From Ruditapes philippinarum (lineage: Eukaryota), in contig NW_026859463.1 of assembly GCF_026571515.1 (NCBI RefSeq), positions 1-64,000 on the forward strand: DNA of 64,000 nucleotides, in the 5' to 3' direction. Below the pieces are notes generated by a model, which worked only from the letters and a program-made list of their open reading frames with translations, was not told where the DNA came from and did no database searches. Each line of letters opens with the position of its first letter. The first letter of the stretch is position 1. A program made the translations under genes and the position numbers. Shown here in pieces: positions 25,664 through 39,227 of this stretch.

Positions 25664-26645
25664 TGTGGCAGGGTCTTATTAAGTGGTCTAAGCCCTATTC
25701 ATTATTTATTTAGTTATCTTCAACCTTGGTTTTATCTCCATTCTGATTGGTTGATAAAACTACTGACTCAAGTAGAGCGCGGTGTTTGATAATTGTGGAA
25801 GACATGTTGATTTATTTTGGAATGGAAATGTTTTAACTATTTGTGGGTTACTTTGGTATGTATTTTATTTGTTTAATGTATTCATATATGCAGTATACTT
25901 TATTCTTCATGTGGAGTTGTTAGCATTTAAGTAAATGCTTTCTGTAAGCGTCTGTGACATATTTTGTTTATTGACATAAAGCGATTGTACATGTACTTCA
26001 AAATAGCAGTATTTACTCTAACAATTATTAATAATAATATAACATCTGAACAGTGTCACATTCCTGAAACCTGTGCACATGATTCTTATTTTGATTGCAG
26101 TTTAACAGTTGAAGGGTATACACAGTTCACGGGAGAGATTGTTGTTTGTGTGAGCAGGTCCATTACTTGGTAAGTTTATAAACAATGTATTTGTGTATTG
26201 TATTTATGATGTAAATACCCTTTTTGTATAAATTGAGTATTTTATGTTCAGCATAGAATATTGAGATATATGGATAATGTTGATTATATTAAGTGATGGA
26301 TGATTAATGGACCACTTGGCACACCAGAGTATTTTGATATACATTGTATGTATATTACTGCTTCTTGATTATGTATATGTAACATTGTTGTTGTAATATT
26401 ATGTACATAATAGTTTTCAGGCTTTAGACAGTATTGTATTATTTGTCATTTGATTTTATTGTGTATTTGCAGGTCACTGACTATTAGACTATTCTACTTT
26501 ATTCGACTGCTGTATACTGTGTACTATTATGATAGACTGTAGTGTATTTTAACTTGAACAGTGACACATTTACAATTTAAAGAAAATAAAAGAAGAACCC
26601 AGAAATACTTGGTTTCGTTTATTTGTTAAAACAACCATAGTTACA
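25664..26645 (+). repeat. Gypsy 5' LTR
   Basis: TGTGGCAGGG...ATAGTTACA; about 98% identical to 35660-36641 by manual comparison. Confidence 0.95.
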
Positions 26646-26647
26646 AA

Positions 26648-26659
26648 TGGCGCCCAACG
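26648..26659 (+). promoter_or_regulatory. Primer-binding site (tRNA-Lys CTT type)
   Basis: TGGCGCCCAACG lies 2 nt after the 5' LTR. Confidence 0.85.
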
Positions 26660-28974
26660 GAGTTTAAATTTTGTGTCACTAAATGTAAGTGAAGGATTTT
26701 AATATTTTTATTATTTGGATTTATATTTGAAGTGCTGTGAACTGATAAGAAGATTTCAACTAACAGTGTTAAACTTGATTTGTTATTAAATCAGGTCATT
26801 TTTGTTACATTAATTGTGGATTTTACATACACTTCTAAGGGCGACATATCACAAGTTTTCATATTAATTCCGAGGACGGAATTCCACAGGCGGGAAGAAG
26901 AAGAAGGAAGCGTTTGGTGAGAAATCCAGTTATTTATGTCAATTCATCATGATAAATTGATGTCGAAAATTTTTCAATACATTTAAAGAAAGAAAAATTT
27001 GTACAACTGCTGTTTTCAAGGACATTTTCATATATGTGTATATTGATATATACAGTGCCATACCGTCAGTTTCTACCTTGTCGACTGTGAAGGTCATCAT
27101 AACAGAGGATCTTACCATTATATACATGTACACGGAAGAAGACAAACACTTTGAGGGACATCTTTAATGCTACTACCATTAGAGGACTTAAATCATTTCA
27201 TACATTCGGAAGAGGTCAACTACAACTCATTAGTGCATAAGAATACAAGACTTTTCAACTGAAAGATTTTATTTAGGACATTTGTGTGCTAGTGGTCAAG
27301 TCATATACAAACAGTATAACAGTGCAACATAGTTAAACATTGGTATCATAGATGTAATAGGTTTCCTGAGTGTGTGAGTACATAGATTTTAAATTTATAA
27401 ACAAGAATTGTGGTAATTAACTTATTTTTGTCTAAAAATTTTGATTTGATCCAGATAATCTGATTTATTAACATATTAAATCTGTATTGGATTTAAAAAA
27501 AAAAAAAAAAAAAAAAAATGCCACAATTTTTTGTTATAAATTCATATTTTGATTGATATTGTATATGTAAGTGAGGTCATTTCACTTGCACAATCCCTGC
27601 ATTTTTAATAACTCCCAAATTAATTTAACATCCTGATATAATAATTTCAATTTAATACCTCTACATACTGCTGTTTTGAAGTTATTGACATATTGATTCA
27701 GAATATCTTGATATATATAAAAAGAAGTATTTCATACCATCCCTAGTAAGAACAAAGAATACTGCTTATTTATTGTATATCAAAGGTATATTTACTTTTG
27801 TGGATATTTGAGATCAATATCGTAATACTTGTCTTCAAGTCTATTGGTTTGTTTACATTTGTTTGCTGGCAGCCATTTTGTAATATCTGACCTAGCATTT
27901 TCATTGGCTGTTTTGATTGGAATTTGTGGTTCACCTTGCATATTAATTAGCCCGCCATAATTGAAGCTTTCTCATTGGTTGACATGGACTGACCTGATGG
28001 ACTACTTTTTGTGTAGTTTCTATTAATAGTAGTCAATACACTTGAAATTACTACACAGGAACAGGAAGTGACTGTAAAGCACATTTGTTTACAAGTCAGT
28101 TCTTTGAATTTGTGTTATTCTAGAGTGTTTGTTTGTAGTATTTAAAGGTAATTATTAATTTTACAGTAAAGGGTAAGTTATATTTTCATTTCAATATTGC
28201 TGTTTGGTTGATTATTACATAAAATTTAATTATTAAACAAGATATAAAAATTTAATTAGTTTTATTTTGTGCAACTGTGGATTTGACATAAGCACATATA
28301 GGAAAGTTTATATAAATATTACAAGGTTTTGCTTGATTTTTGATAACATTGAAGATTAAATATTCATTTATAGCTTGTTATTTCTGATAAAATTGGCCTT
28401 TTTGTGAATTAAAAAAAAAAATCTTTAGAAGAAATTGATTATTATTTGTGTCATGTAGAACTCATTGAACCGTTAAAGGTGTAAATTTACTAAGTATATA
28501 CTGGTATTAATTAGTGTTAGTATAAAAGTTACACTTTAATTTTTATAAGAATATTTTAAATAATTTTGTTTACCTCACTTGATAGAAAGAGAAACTTAAA
28601 ATTTATTATATTTGAATTAAATTTTTGAATTGAACTTTGAATATTTTCGCAAATATAACTTTATACTGATAATAAGATATAAGTTATAATTAAAATATTT
28701 TTTTTATTTTTGTATTTTGACAGGAACAGGATACTATTATTTAGATAATTAAATTTTTCATCTTTGAATGCATTGAATTATTAAGGATTAGTTGTTTATA
28801 AATTTTGAAATGATCTTAATAAATTAAATTGTAAACTCAAGGTATTGAAAACAATTGATTAGTTTTTTAGTATGAACTTTAGTTAAGTGGATAAAAAGAA
28901 CTTAAGTTAAGTGAATTAATTTTTTTTTATTATTTTAAGTCAAAGTCATTCATTACTTGCAATGAGTTGATTAA

Positions 28975-29940
28975 AGTGATTAATGAAGTTGTGAAGTGAA
29001 CTGAATAGAACTGATTACTGAAGTTGTGATTATATGTGAAATGAACTGAATACTGAAGTTGTTAAGGTGAACTGAATAGAACTGATTACTGAAGTTGTGA
29101 TTACATGTGAAGTGAACTGAATAGAACTGATTACTGATGTTATGATGTGAAAGGAATTGAATGATTATTGCTGTGATGTGAACTGAATTGAATGATTATT
29201 GATGTGATGCGAACTGAATTGAATTGATTATTGAAGTTGTGGATTGTGACATGAACTGAATTGATTTCTTAAGTGAAGTGAATGAATTAAAGTGATCACT
29301 TAAGATAGTGAAAAGGATTTAGATGAATACTTAAGTGAGTGAAGTAGGTGGACATTGATACTTTAATTGAGTGAAGAGGATATTTATACTTAAGTGAATC
29401 GACATTAGGTGAACTGAATACTTAAGTGAATAATTCAATACTTAAGTTGAGTGACATGGATATTTATACTTAAGTGGATTGACATTACATGGAGTGAATA
29501 CTTAAGTTAAGTGAAGTGAAAAGTTAAATGAAGTGAACTGGATATTTATATTACACATTTCGGATACTTAGATAAAGTGAAGTGGACACTTAAATGAGCT
29601 TTTGGATAGAACTTAACTGAGGAAGTTGACATTTATACTTAAGTGAATTACTTAAGAAAAGGAAAGTGAAAGAGAAGTGGAAGAAGAGTTTGATACTTAA
29701 GTGAATTACTTATGTAAAGGAAGATACTTATGTAAATTAAGCTGAATTGAGTGCAACTTAAGTAAATTATTAACAGAAGAGACTTACATTATTGAAACGA
29801 TCTGCGTTGAATGACACTTAAGTGAACAATTTAAGTTACAGAAGAGACTTACTTTATTGAACCAAACAGAGTTGAGCGACACTTAAGCAAATTACTTAAG
29901 TTGAGGGAGATACTTGAGTTAAGTGGACTTAGTGAACTTT
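28975..29940 (+). repeat. Tandem/minisatellite array in the Gypsy 5' leader
   Basis: GTGAACTGAATAGAACTGATTACTGAAGTT units, followed by repeated palindromic ACTTAAGT motifs. Confidence 0.85.
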
Positions 29941-30019
29941 TATAGTGATTTTAGTGAATTTTATTTTTCGAGTGGATTTTATTGAAAAGAAAGGAATTAG
30001 CAACTATATATTCACAAAT

Positions 30020-31110
30020 ATGGCTACAGGAAAAGATGGAAAAGCTGCTGATAGTATTTCAGAGGAAGAAAAGCAAATCTTAGAAGTTTTTCACAAATTG
30101 TCCTTAAAACCAGAGAAAATTGAAAGTCCTGAGGATTTAATTGCTTTTGCGGACCAGATTAAACTGTTGAAATCTGCATCATCTACGAAATCAGTACCAG
30201 CAGAAGAAACATTTTCATCAAAAGGCAGTTATCATTTTCCAAAACTATCAACTTTCTATAGAGAAGATAACAAGGGGGATGTCAGTTGGGAAACTTTTAG
30301 ATTTAAAGTAGATGCATTGATGGCTGAAAAATACTTTACAGATGAACAAATTTTACTTGGAATTAGAAGATCAGTGAAAGTTGTTAGAAGATTAGGCACA
30401 GGGGTGACAATACAAGAAGTTATGATTAAACTTTCAAGCACTTTTGGTAACATCGAGACGAGAGAAAGCATCCTTAGAAAATTCTATTCTATAAAACAGT
30501 CTTCAGATTCAGTGTTGGTGTTTAGCTCAAAATTGGAGGAAATATTTTCAACTTAAAGGCATTGAAGAAAACTAATGATGAAATCTTGAAACAAGTTATA
30601 TATCAAGGATTGAGACCAGAAATCAAACACTTAGCTGCATATAAATGTGATGCAATTGATGATTATGATGAATTCAAAATTGAGCTACGAAAGATTGAGG
30701 CTGAACTTAAGTCAGAGACAGAAGGAAGTCATAAGAAGTGTAATGCAGCTATCAATATAGAAAAGAAAGAGTCATCAGAGATGTCAGAAATAAAAAAATT
30801 ATTGAAGAAACGCAATGACAGGATTGACACCATCGAGAAAGATAGAAAACAAGATACATATCCTCAATATCAACATCAATTTCCTAGAGGTTACAGAGGT
30901 CAAGGTAAAGGATTTAATCAAAGATACATGTATGGTAGAGGCAGAGCTGAATTACGACTATCTAAACCAACTGGTAGAGGTACCTTTCAACCAACATGCT
31001 TCAATTGTAATTGGAAAGGACATTTAGCCAAGAATTGTCCTTCAAACATTCCAACCTGCTACAAATGCAACGAAAAGGGACATATCGCCAGAACTTGCCC
31101 AATAGACTAG
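30020..31110 (+). pseudogene. Gypsy gag (PNMA-like capsid, two CCHC zinc knuckles), one frameshift near 30556
   Basis: FPKLSTF..KGDVSWETFRF, IRRS..VVRRLG, CFNCNWKGHLAKNC, CYKCNEKGHIARTC. Confidence 0.85.
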
Positions 31111-34100
31111 GTGCTTTTGTTATAGGATCAAATGAAAGCACATGTGATGATGACAAAGATCCTAAATTAGTTGGACATACAAATGAGGTGAAAATTAATC
31201 TTGGTGGAATAGAAACTACAGCACTCTTAGACACAGGAAGTTGTATCAGTGCAATATCAAAGTCTTTTTATGATAAACATTTACAAAGTGTACACGTTAA
31301 ACCGCTATCGGATCTTCTTCAAATAGAATGTGCAGATGGTAACCAGCTCCCTTATGAAGGATATGTAGAAATCAACATGACAGTTACTCGAGGACTACCA
31401 AATGTGACAACACATACTTGTTTATTTCTGATTACACCAGACACAAGATTCTCTTTCAAAACCCCAGTCATCATCGGAACCAATATTTTAACAGAACTCC
31501 TCGAAGAATGTAAACAGAATTTTAGCGATCAATATCTTCAAAGAGCAAATTTATATACACAATGGTATCTATCCTTCAGATGTATTTCGCTGAGAGAAAA
31601 AGAGTTGAAGAAACATAAAAACAGAATAGCAATCATCAAATCAGCAGAAACCAAAAACATTATTCTTGGACCAAACGAATCAAAAGTTATTTTAGGAGAA
31701 ACAGATAAAGAGTTAGACTTTAACTTCACGTCAGCAATGATTCATGAATCAGAAGATAGCAGTTTACCAAGCTACGTAGATATTACTCCGGGTGTGATCG
31801 ATTACCATTACAACAAGAATAGACCAATTCATGTTTCCCTGTCAAATTTAACAACTCACAGTGTGATTATTTCACCAAGATCTGTTCTCTGTGAACTTCA
31901 ACCTATTAAGATAGAAGAAGATTTAATGAAAGATATAGAACAACAAGATGATGTAAAGAATATTATGGAAAAAATCACAATAGATGACAACAATAAACTT
32001 ACTGAACAACAAACTGAACAAATTCAAGAATTACTACAGAAACATATACACACCTTCTCCAAAGATGACTCGGATATAGGCAACTGTCCAAAAGTTAAAC
32101 ATCGAATAGACCTTATTGATGACATACCGTTTAAACAACCTCATAGACGAATTCCTCCAAACCTGGTAGAAGAAGTAAGAAATCATTTACAGCAACTCCT
32201 CAACACAGGAATCATAAGGAAATCTAAGTCACCCTGGGCATCTAATACTGTGTTAGTACGAAAGAAGAATGGTTCATTGAGGATGTGTGTTGACTTTCAA
32301 CAATTAAACAACAAATCCGTCAAAGATTCTTATGCATTACCACGTATTGAAGAGGTTTTTGATGTACGATACGGGTCAAAATTTTTTCTACATTGGATAT
32401 GAAATCGGGTTATTACCAGGTAGAAGTTGAAGAAATACACAAAGAAAGAACGGCATTTACGGTAGGACCTTTAGGATTTTTTTGAGTATGTAAAGATGCC
32501 ATTCGGACTATCAAATTCACCAGCAACGTATCAACGTCTAATGGAAGAGGTACTTGGCGATTACAACATGACCATATGCGTAATATATTTAGATGATCTG
32601 ATTATTTTCTCGGAAACTTATGAACAACATTTGGAAAGGATTGATATAATACTTACCCGTCTACATGAGAACAACTTAAAGCGTTCTCCAGAGAAATGTC
32701 ATTTTTTCCAAGATCGTGTACAATTTTTAGGACATGTAGTGAGTCCTGATGGAATTGAAACAGACCCAGCCAAAATTGAAAAGATTAGAAATTGGAAGAC
32801 ACCTACCAACGCTGATGAACTTAGATCATTTATTTCATTTTGTGGATATTACAGAAGATTTTTCAAGAACTTTTCAAAGATAACCAAACCATTAACAGAT
32901 CTTTTGCCAGGCACTTCATCAAAGAAAAAGAAGAAATCAGTGAAAGAATGGACATGGACGGATACAGAACAACACATTTTTGATGATCTTAGAGAAAAGC
33001 TGACTCAACCACCAGTATTAGCATATCCAGATTTTAAAAGACCGTTCGAGTTACACACGGATGCGAGTGGTGTTGGTCTTGGAGCTATTCTTTATCAAGA
33101 TGGTAGAGTTATATCATATGCCAGCAGATCATTGACCAAATCAGAGAAGAATTATTCAGCCTTCAAGTTAGAGTTTTTGGCGTTGAAGTGGGCCGTAACC
33201 GAGAAATTTAAAGACTATCTTGCAATACAACACTTTACGGTTCTTACCGACAACAACCCCTTGACTTACATACTCACATCAGCAAAATTAGACGCAACAG
33301 GACATAGATGGGCATCAGCATTGGGTGAATTTAACTTTGATATCAAGTATAGAGCTGGTTATAAAAACATTGATGCAGACGTTATGAGCAGACTTCCTGG
33401 AATAGACAAAACAGATGGAGATACTTTTATAATGGACAACTCAGCAGTGAAAGCCATATGCAACTTAACAACTACCACTCCTATGATTGAGATTTTAGCT
33501 GCTTTTAACATTGATAGTGTAGAAGTGACAGAAGACATTGGAAAACCTTTAGCACAGATTGAATATAGAGAAATTAGAAAACAACAAAGAGCAGATCCTT
33601 TAATAGAGAGATGGAGAAGAGCTACAATTGATAATAACTTGCCAGATAAAAGCCAATGCCATACTAAAGAAGATTTCTACATGAGAAAACATTTCAGTTC
33701 TTTTAAGATGAAAAGAGGCATACTTTATAGAGAATGGAAGACAGACAAAGAACACTCATATCACTTAGTACTACCTAGACAATACAGAAATGAGGTTTTA
33801 ACAGGACTACACAACCATATAGGACACCCTGGAAGAGACAGAACTGTATCATTATTAAGAGAGAGATATTTTTGGCCAGGCATGTCAAACGATGTTGAAA
33901 ACTGGGTATCGAATTGCAAAAGATGTCAAAGAAGGAAGTCAAATGTAAACACCAGATCAGAACTTGTCAGCATTGTCATAACCTACCCTTTAGAACTGGT
34001 TTCAATGGATTACCTTACATTAGAGTCATCAAAAGGATATGGGAATATTTTAGTCATAACAGACCACTTTACAAAATATGCACTTGCTATTCCTACAAGA

Positions 34101-34649
34101 AATCAAACAGCCAAAACAACAGCAGAAGCTTTATTTAACAACTTTATTGTACACTATGGAATACCAACTAAACTACACACAGACCAAGGAGCTAACTTTG
34201 AATCAGAATTAATTAAAGAACTTTGTCAGATAATGGGAATAAAGAAGACAAGAACAACTCCTTATCACGCTATGGGTAACGGATGCACTGAGCGATGGAA
34301 TAAAACCTTACTAAGCATGTTAGGAACTTTGGAACCAACGCAGAAACCAAATTGGAAAGATTACATCCCATCATTAACATATGCATACAACTGTACAAGA
34401 CATGAGAGTACCAAAATATCACCTTTCGAGTTAATGTTTGGTAGGACTCCTAAACTTCCTATAGATTCAGCATTTGAAACAGTAATGGATGAAGCTGAGA
34501 CATCAAACAAGACACCCATAGACTATTTGGAAAACCTAAAGAAACAGATGAAAGAAACTCAGGAAATTGCCTTAAAACATGCTGATATTTCAAGAGGTAA
34601 ACAGAAGACACAATATGACAAGGAGGCAAAGATGACGAAAACACATTAG
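31011..34649 (+). pseudogene. Gypsy pol (protease, RT, RNase H, integrase), frameshifts near 32390 and 32480
   Basis: LLDTGS, SPWAS, LRMCVD, MPFGL, YLDD, LHTDAS, TDNNPL, H..IGHPG..C..C, LVSMD, HTDQGANFES, GNGCTERWN. It is in the -1 frame relative to the gag end. Confidence 0.9.
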
Positions 34650-35645
34650 ATATTACTGACGAAGAAACTCGAGAAAACATACAAACATCAAATAGTCCTG
34701 AAGAAGCTCAAGAAGACGTACAAATATCAAATAGTCCTGAAGAAGAAAATCAAGAAGACAAACAAACTAGTCCTGAAGAAGAAACTGAAAATGTGGCTCC
34801 AGTAAACAAAGAGGAATCCCAAGATAAAGTAGTTATTCCAAAAGTAAGATCAGTTGACCAAAGACCAGAACAACTATATGAGCCAAACCTAAAAGATCTA
34901 ACAGAGGGAAAAGACCACAGAAATACAAGGATTTTCATATGTTCAGTATGAACATGGACACAAGACCAAGAGACAAAAAATAGAATCACTGGAAATTCTC
35001 ATGAAATCAGGGATATTTACCAGTCCATCAACTAATCAATTCAATTGGAATAGTTCCTGTAATTATGATTGCGTTTAATCATAATGATTTACTTTTCAAG
35101 AACTTCATGATTTTGCTTCTTGACTTATGGTATTGAAGATTACTTGACTTGAAATAGAACATTTCATTATTTTTGAGATAATTGATTTTAATGATATTTT
35201 TATACTTAGTTTTATTTTAGATTTTTGTATGACTGAGATTTGTGGAAATTAATGTTTTCCTTAAGTAACATTAATTTTTTTTCAAAGATTAAGATCTTTC
35301 ATGAAGATTTAAGATTTTTGAGCTGGAGTAGTTTGTAACTGATTTAATATTCAATATTTGGATATACATTTTTTTAAACTATTGTTTTTCAAAAGAAGTA
35401 ATCTTTTTTTTTATTTTATTGTGAGGTCACAATTTTTTTGAGGGGGAGAAAATGTAAAGATTAATTGATGATTTTTTTAAAGTAAGTGAATAGACTGGCA
35501 ATATTGAAATGATTATATAAATGACCTTGTAGTGTAGATGTATGTTACCATACTTACTATGTATTTATAGTTGTAGTGACATAAATAGTTGTATTTATGA
35601 ATGTAAGGACTTTGACATTTGACAAATGACGAGACGTCATTTACC

Positions 35646-35657
35646 AGAGAGGGGGAG
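35646..35657 (+). promoter_or_regulatory. Polypurine tract
   Basis: AGAGAGGGGGAG lies just before the 3' LTR. Confidence 0.85.
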
Positions 35658-35659
35658 TG

Positions 35660-36641
35660 TGTGGCAGGGTCTTATTTAGTGGTCTAAGCCCTATTCATTA
35701 TTTATTTAGTTATCTTCAACCTTGGTTTTATCTCCATTCTGATTGGTTGATAAAACTACTGACTCAAGTAGAGCGCAGTGTTTGATAATTGTGGAAGACA
35801 TGTTGATTTATTTTGGAATGGAAATGTTTTAACTATTTGTGAGTTACTTTGGTATGTATTTTATTTGTTTAATGTATTCATATATGCAGTATACTTTATT
35901 CTTCGTGTGGAGTTGTTAGCATTTAAGTAAATGCTTTCTGTAAGCGTCTGTGACTCATTTTATTTATTGACATAAAGCGATTGTACATGTACTTCAAAAT
36001 AGCAGTATTTACTCTAACAATTATTAATAATAATATAACATCTTAACAGTGTCACATTCCTGAAACCTGTGCACATGATTCTTATTTTGATTGCAGTTTA
36101 ACAGTTGAAGGGTATACACAGTTCACGGGAGAGATTGTTGTTTTGTGTGAGCAGGTCCATAACTTAGTAAGTTTATAACAATGTATTTGTGTATTGTATT
36201 TATGATGTAAATACCTTTTTTGTATAAATTGAGTATTTTATGTTCAGCATAGAATATTGAGATATATGGATAATGTTGATTATATTAAGTGATGGATGAT
36301 TAATGGACCACTTGGCACACCAGAGTATTTTGATATACATTGTATGTATATTACTACTTCTTGATTATGTATATGTAACATTGTTGTTGTAATATTATGT
36401 ACATAATAGTTTTCAGGCTTTAGACAGTATTGTATTATTTGTCATTTGATTTTATTGTGTATTTGCAGGTCACTGACTATTAGACTATTCTACTTTATTC
36501 GACTGCTGTATACTGTGTACTATTATGATAGACTGTAGTGTATTTGACCTTGAACAGTGACACATTTACAATTTAAAGAAAATAAAAGAAGAACCCAGAA
36601 ATACTTGGTTTCGTTTATTTGTTAAAACAACCATAGTTACA
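35660..36641 (+). repeat. Gypsy 3' LTR
   Basis: Direct repeat of 25664-26645. Confidence 0.95.
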
Positions 36642-39018
36642 CTGTCTTAATCTGATAGGGGTCATAAGGCGCTTTGACCGCATTATCTCGATCAGAACAA
36701 GCGTCTACAAGATAAAGAATCAGGATTAACATTTCAAAGTTATCACTTGAAATACAAATGACCATAATTGCGGTATTGCATTGGTAGAATACTCGACGAA
36801 TATTAGGAATATACAGAACGTATACGGTGTTTCGGTTTTATCTATGATAAGAAACTAAACATGTAAACAAATATTAATTAATTGCTTGGAGTCGTTGAGA
36901 TTTTTTTAAATATTTTAAGTAAAATACCATCTAAAATAAGTAAATTCATAGATAAAATAAAAACACTACTAACTGAACTAGATGACTGGACTAAAGCATA
37001 TTGTTTCATAATAATTGGCTCATTTAGAATAACACAGTTGATGTGATTGTTGTTGTTATTGTTGTAGCAGCTGCTACATCAGTTAAATTAGGTTAGGTTT
37101 ATAATGTCTAAACTGCTATTTCCATGCAGGCATGCATTTTTAAGCACACAATATTTAAGCCCTCCTGTGTGAATTAGCAAATCAAGCCATTAGTAATTAA
37201 GAAATTATTTTCTTTCTTTTTGAGATATCAGAATTACAGCATAAATGCCTCTTATAATTTCCTTCGACATGTACTAGTTTTTCATATTTTTTCAGACCAT
37301 GCAGTTACTAAAGCCCGGGTTTGAGTACAGGACCTTACCTTATACTGGTTATAACTTATGTCTAGTTTGAAACTTCAGCTATTGACGGCAACGACTCCCA
37401 ATGCTCGGGCAATATTAGGTAGATATTTTGATGTATATCAGGAGAAAATTTCTCTAATTACCTATTATTATGGGCCTCATTGGACTTAGATAGTGTTGAT
37501 GTTCAAAGTTGAAGACAGTATATAATTCATCAAGAACAATGGAATCCAGAATTAAGCCTCAAATGTGACTAATTTGCTATAGAACAAAGAATACGAAAAT
37601 TCACCAGACCGACACCTTAAACGTTAACTATATCGTGTGTAACGACGGGAATATTGATTTCAACTAAATTATATATATTTTTTCGATTGCGCATATGAAC
37701 TTTTTATTATGCAGACACCACTTTTACAGTAGAATTGCATTGTTGTATGCAATAATTAAGCATATATTTTCATAGTCACTTTGCAAATATTCGATGATCG
37801 GTAACTATTTGTCGGTAATTATCGGATTCTGAAGTAAACCATACGGATTTCAATGTATGGTACAACGGTATGTGTATAAAGTAGAATTACAAGTAGAATA
37901 ACAAGCATATCATTTGCTTTACAAGCCTCGATGACAAGGTGTAAGTTTTTCAGTCAGTTGCAAATTGAAGACTGTTTGTTCGTTAAAGTGATTTTTTATG
38001 TTTTCTTTTATGATATTTTTTGTATTTTGCAAAACTTGACCATTTAACAAAAATATGAAATAAAAAAGTGCTAGAAATGAATTATCAACATATGTAACAT
38101 ATAGTTAAAAGATATAATAAAAATCAATTGATGAAAACTACAAACCTGATTTGTCAAAGATTCGAACTTACGCCTACTAGGTAACAATTTCGTCATACTT
38201 ACCACTAGGCCATCGAGCAGTATTAATTGATATATACATGTTATTATACTTACAATAAAATCGTTAACATTAATCATAATAAGTTATGAAATCTAAAGAA
38301 ACACCTACCGAAAATTAATGAGTCTCGGGTATATATTGCCAAACAACACTTGCTTAATTAAGAAAGATAACAGTTTCTTGACAAAATTGCGTAGCAAGTT
38401 TGCTTCAAATATGATGTTTTATTATAACATAACATAAATTTATTGCATAAAACTCTTTTACAAAGTGTATAGCAAGACAAATAGAATTGTGGTGAGTACA
38501 TGAAAACGTGTTTATGAATTAACATTACTCAGCTTATTGTTCCTCTTTTCTTTATACTCTAACCATTAAACTGATATTTTCTTTTATTTATGATGATACA
38601 ATCATATTTCTATCCGGCGACTTGATGCTTTAGCATCAAAACTCTACCTGTATCATATTGTATTTGCATATAGTACATTCCCATGTTGTAATGCCATGTA
38701 CCTTGAGAGAAAATAAAAGAGATCTGTTCTGTTCTGTAGTAAAACATGTAGACATTCAGATAAACAAATAAACTCTTAAATGAACACATCCACTCAACCA
38801 GTGCAAAGTGCACATGTAGTGATTTTCACAATAATTATATATTTAAAGCTAAATTTATTTGTTAAAGTACATATAGAAAAGAGAGATCATAAAGTAGGGA
38901 ATCACGATGTAATAAAACGAAAAGCTATTCTTACGAACCAAATTTTACTATAAAATATTATATAAGTTAAGGTTTATTAGTACGGACTAACAAAAATAAA
39001 TTGTTTAGGCGCAGCGAG

Positions 39019-39227
39019 NNNNNNNNNNNNNNNNNNNNNNNNNNNNNNNNNNNNNNNNNNNNNNNNNNNNNNNNNNNNNNNNNNNNNNNNNNNNNNNNNN
39101 NNNNNNNNNNNNNNNNNNNNNNNNNNNNNNNNNNNNNNNNNNNNNNNNNNNNNNNNNNNNNNNNNNNNNNNNNNNNNNNNNNNNNNNNNNNNNNNNNNNN
39201 NNNNNNNNNNNNNNNNNNNNNNNNNNN
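39019..39227. other. Assembly gap (N run)
   Basis: Run of Ns. Confidence 1.

Larger units (their letters stand above)
25664..36641 (+). mobile_element. Ty3/Gypsy LTR retrotransposon, near full length (about 11 kb)
   Basis: Two 982-bp TGT...ACA LTRs, CTGT TSD (25660-25663, 36642-36645), PBS, PPT, and gag-PR-RT-RH-IN order. Confidence 0.95.

Noticed and set aside
28975-29940. CRISPR-like repeat-spacer array
   Set aside because: Eukaryotic context, short degenerate repeats with related spacers inside a retrotransposon leader, and no cas genes.
34650-35659. env-like third ORF in the Gypsy element
   Set aside because: No long ORF, signal peptide or furin/TM pattern.
37290-37420. Possible exon with an AIDGN (lectin-like) peptide
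   Set aside because: Stops on both sides and too short to support.
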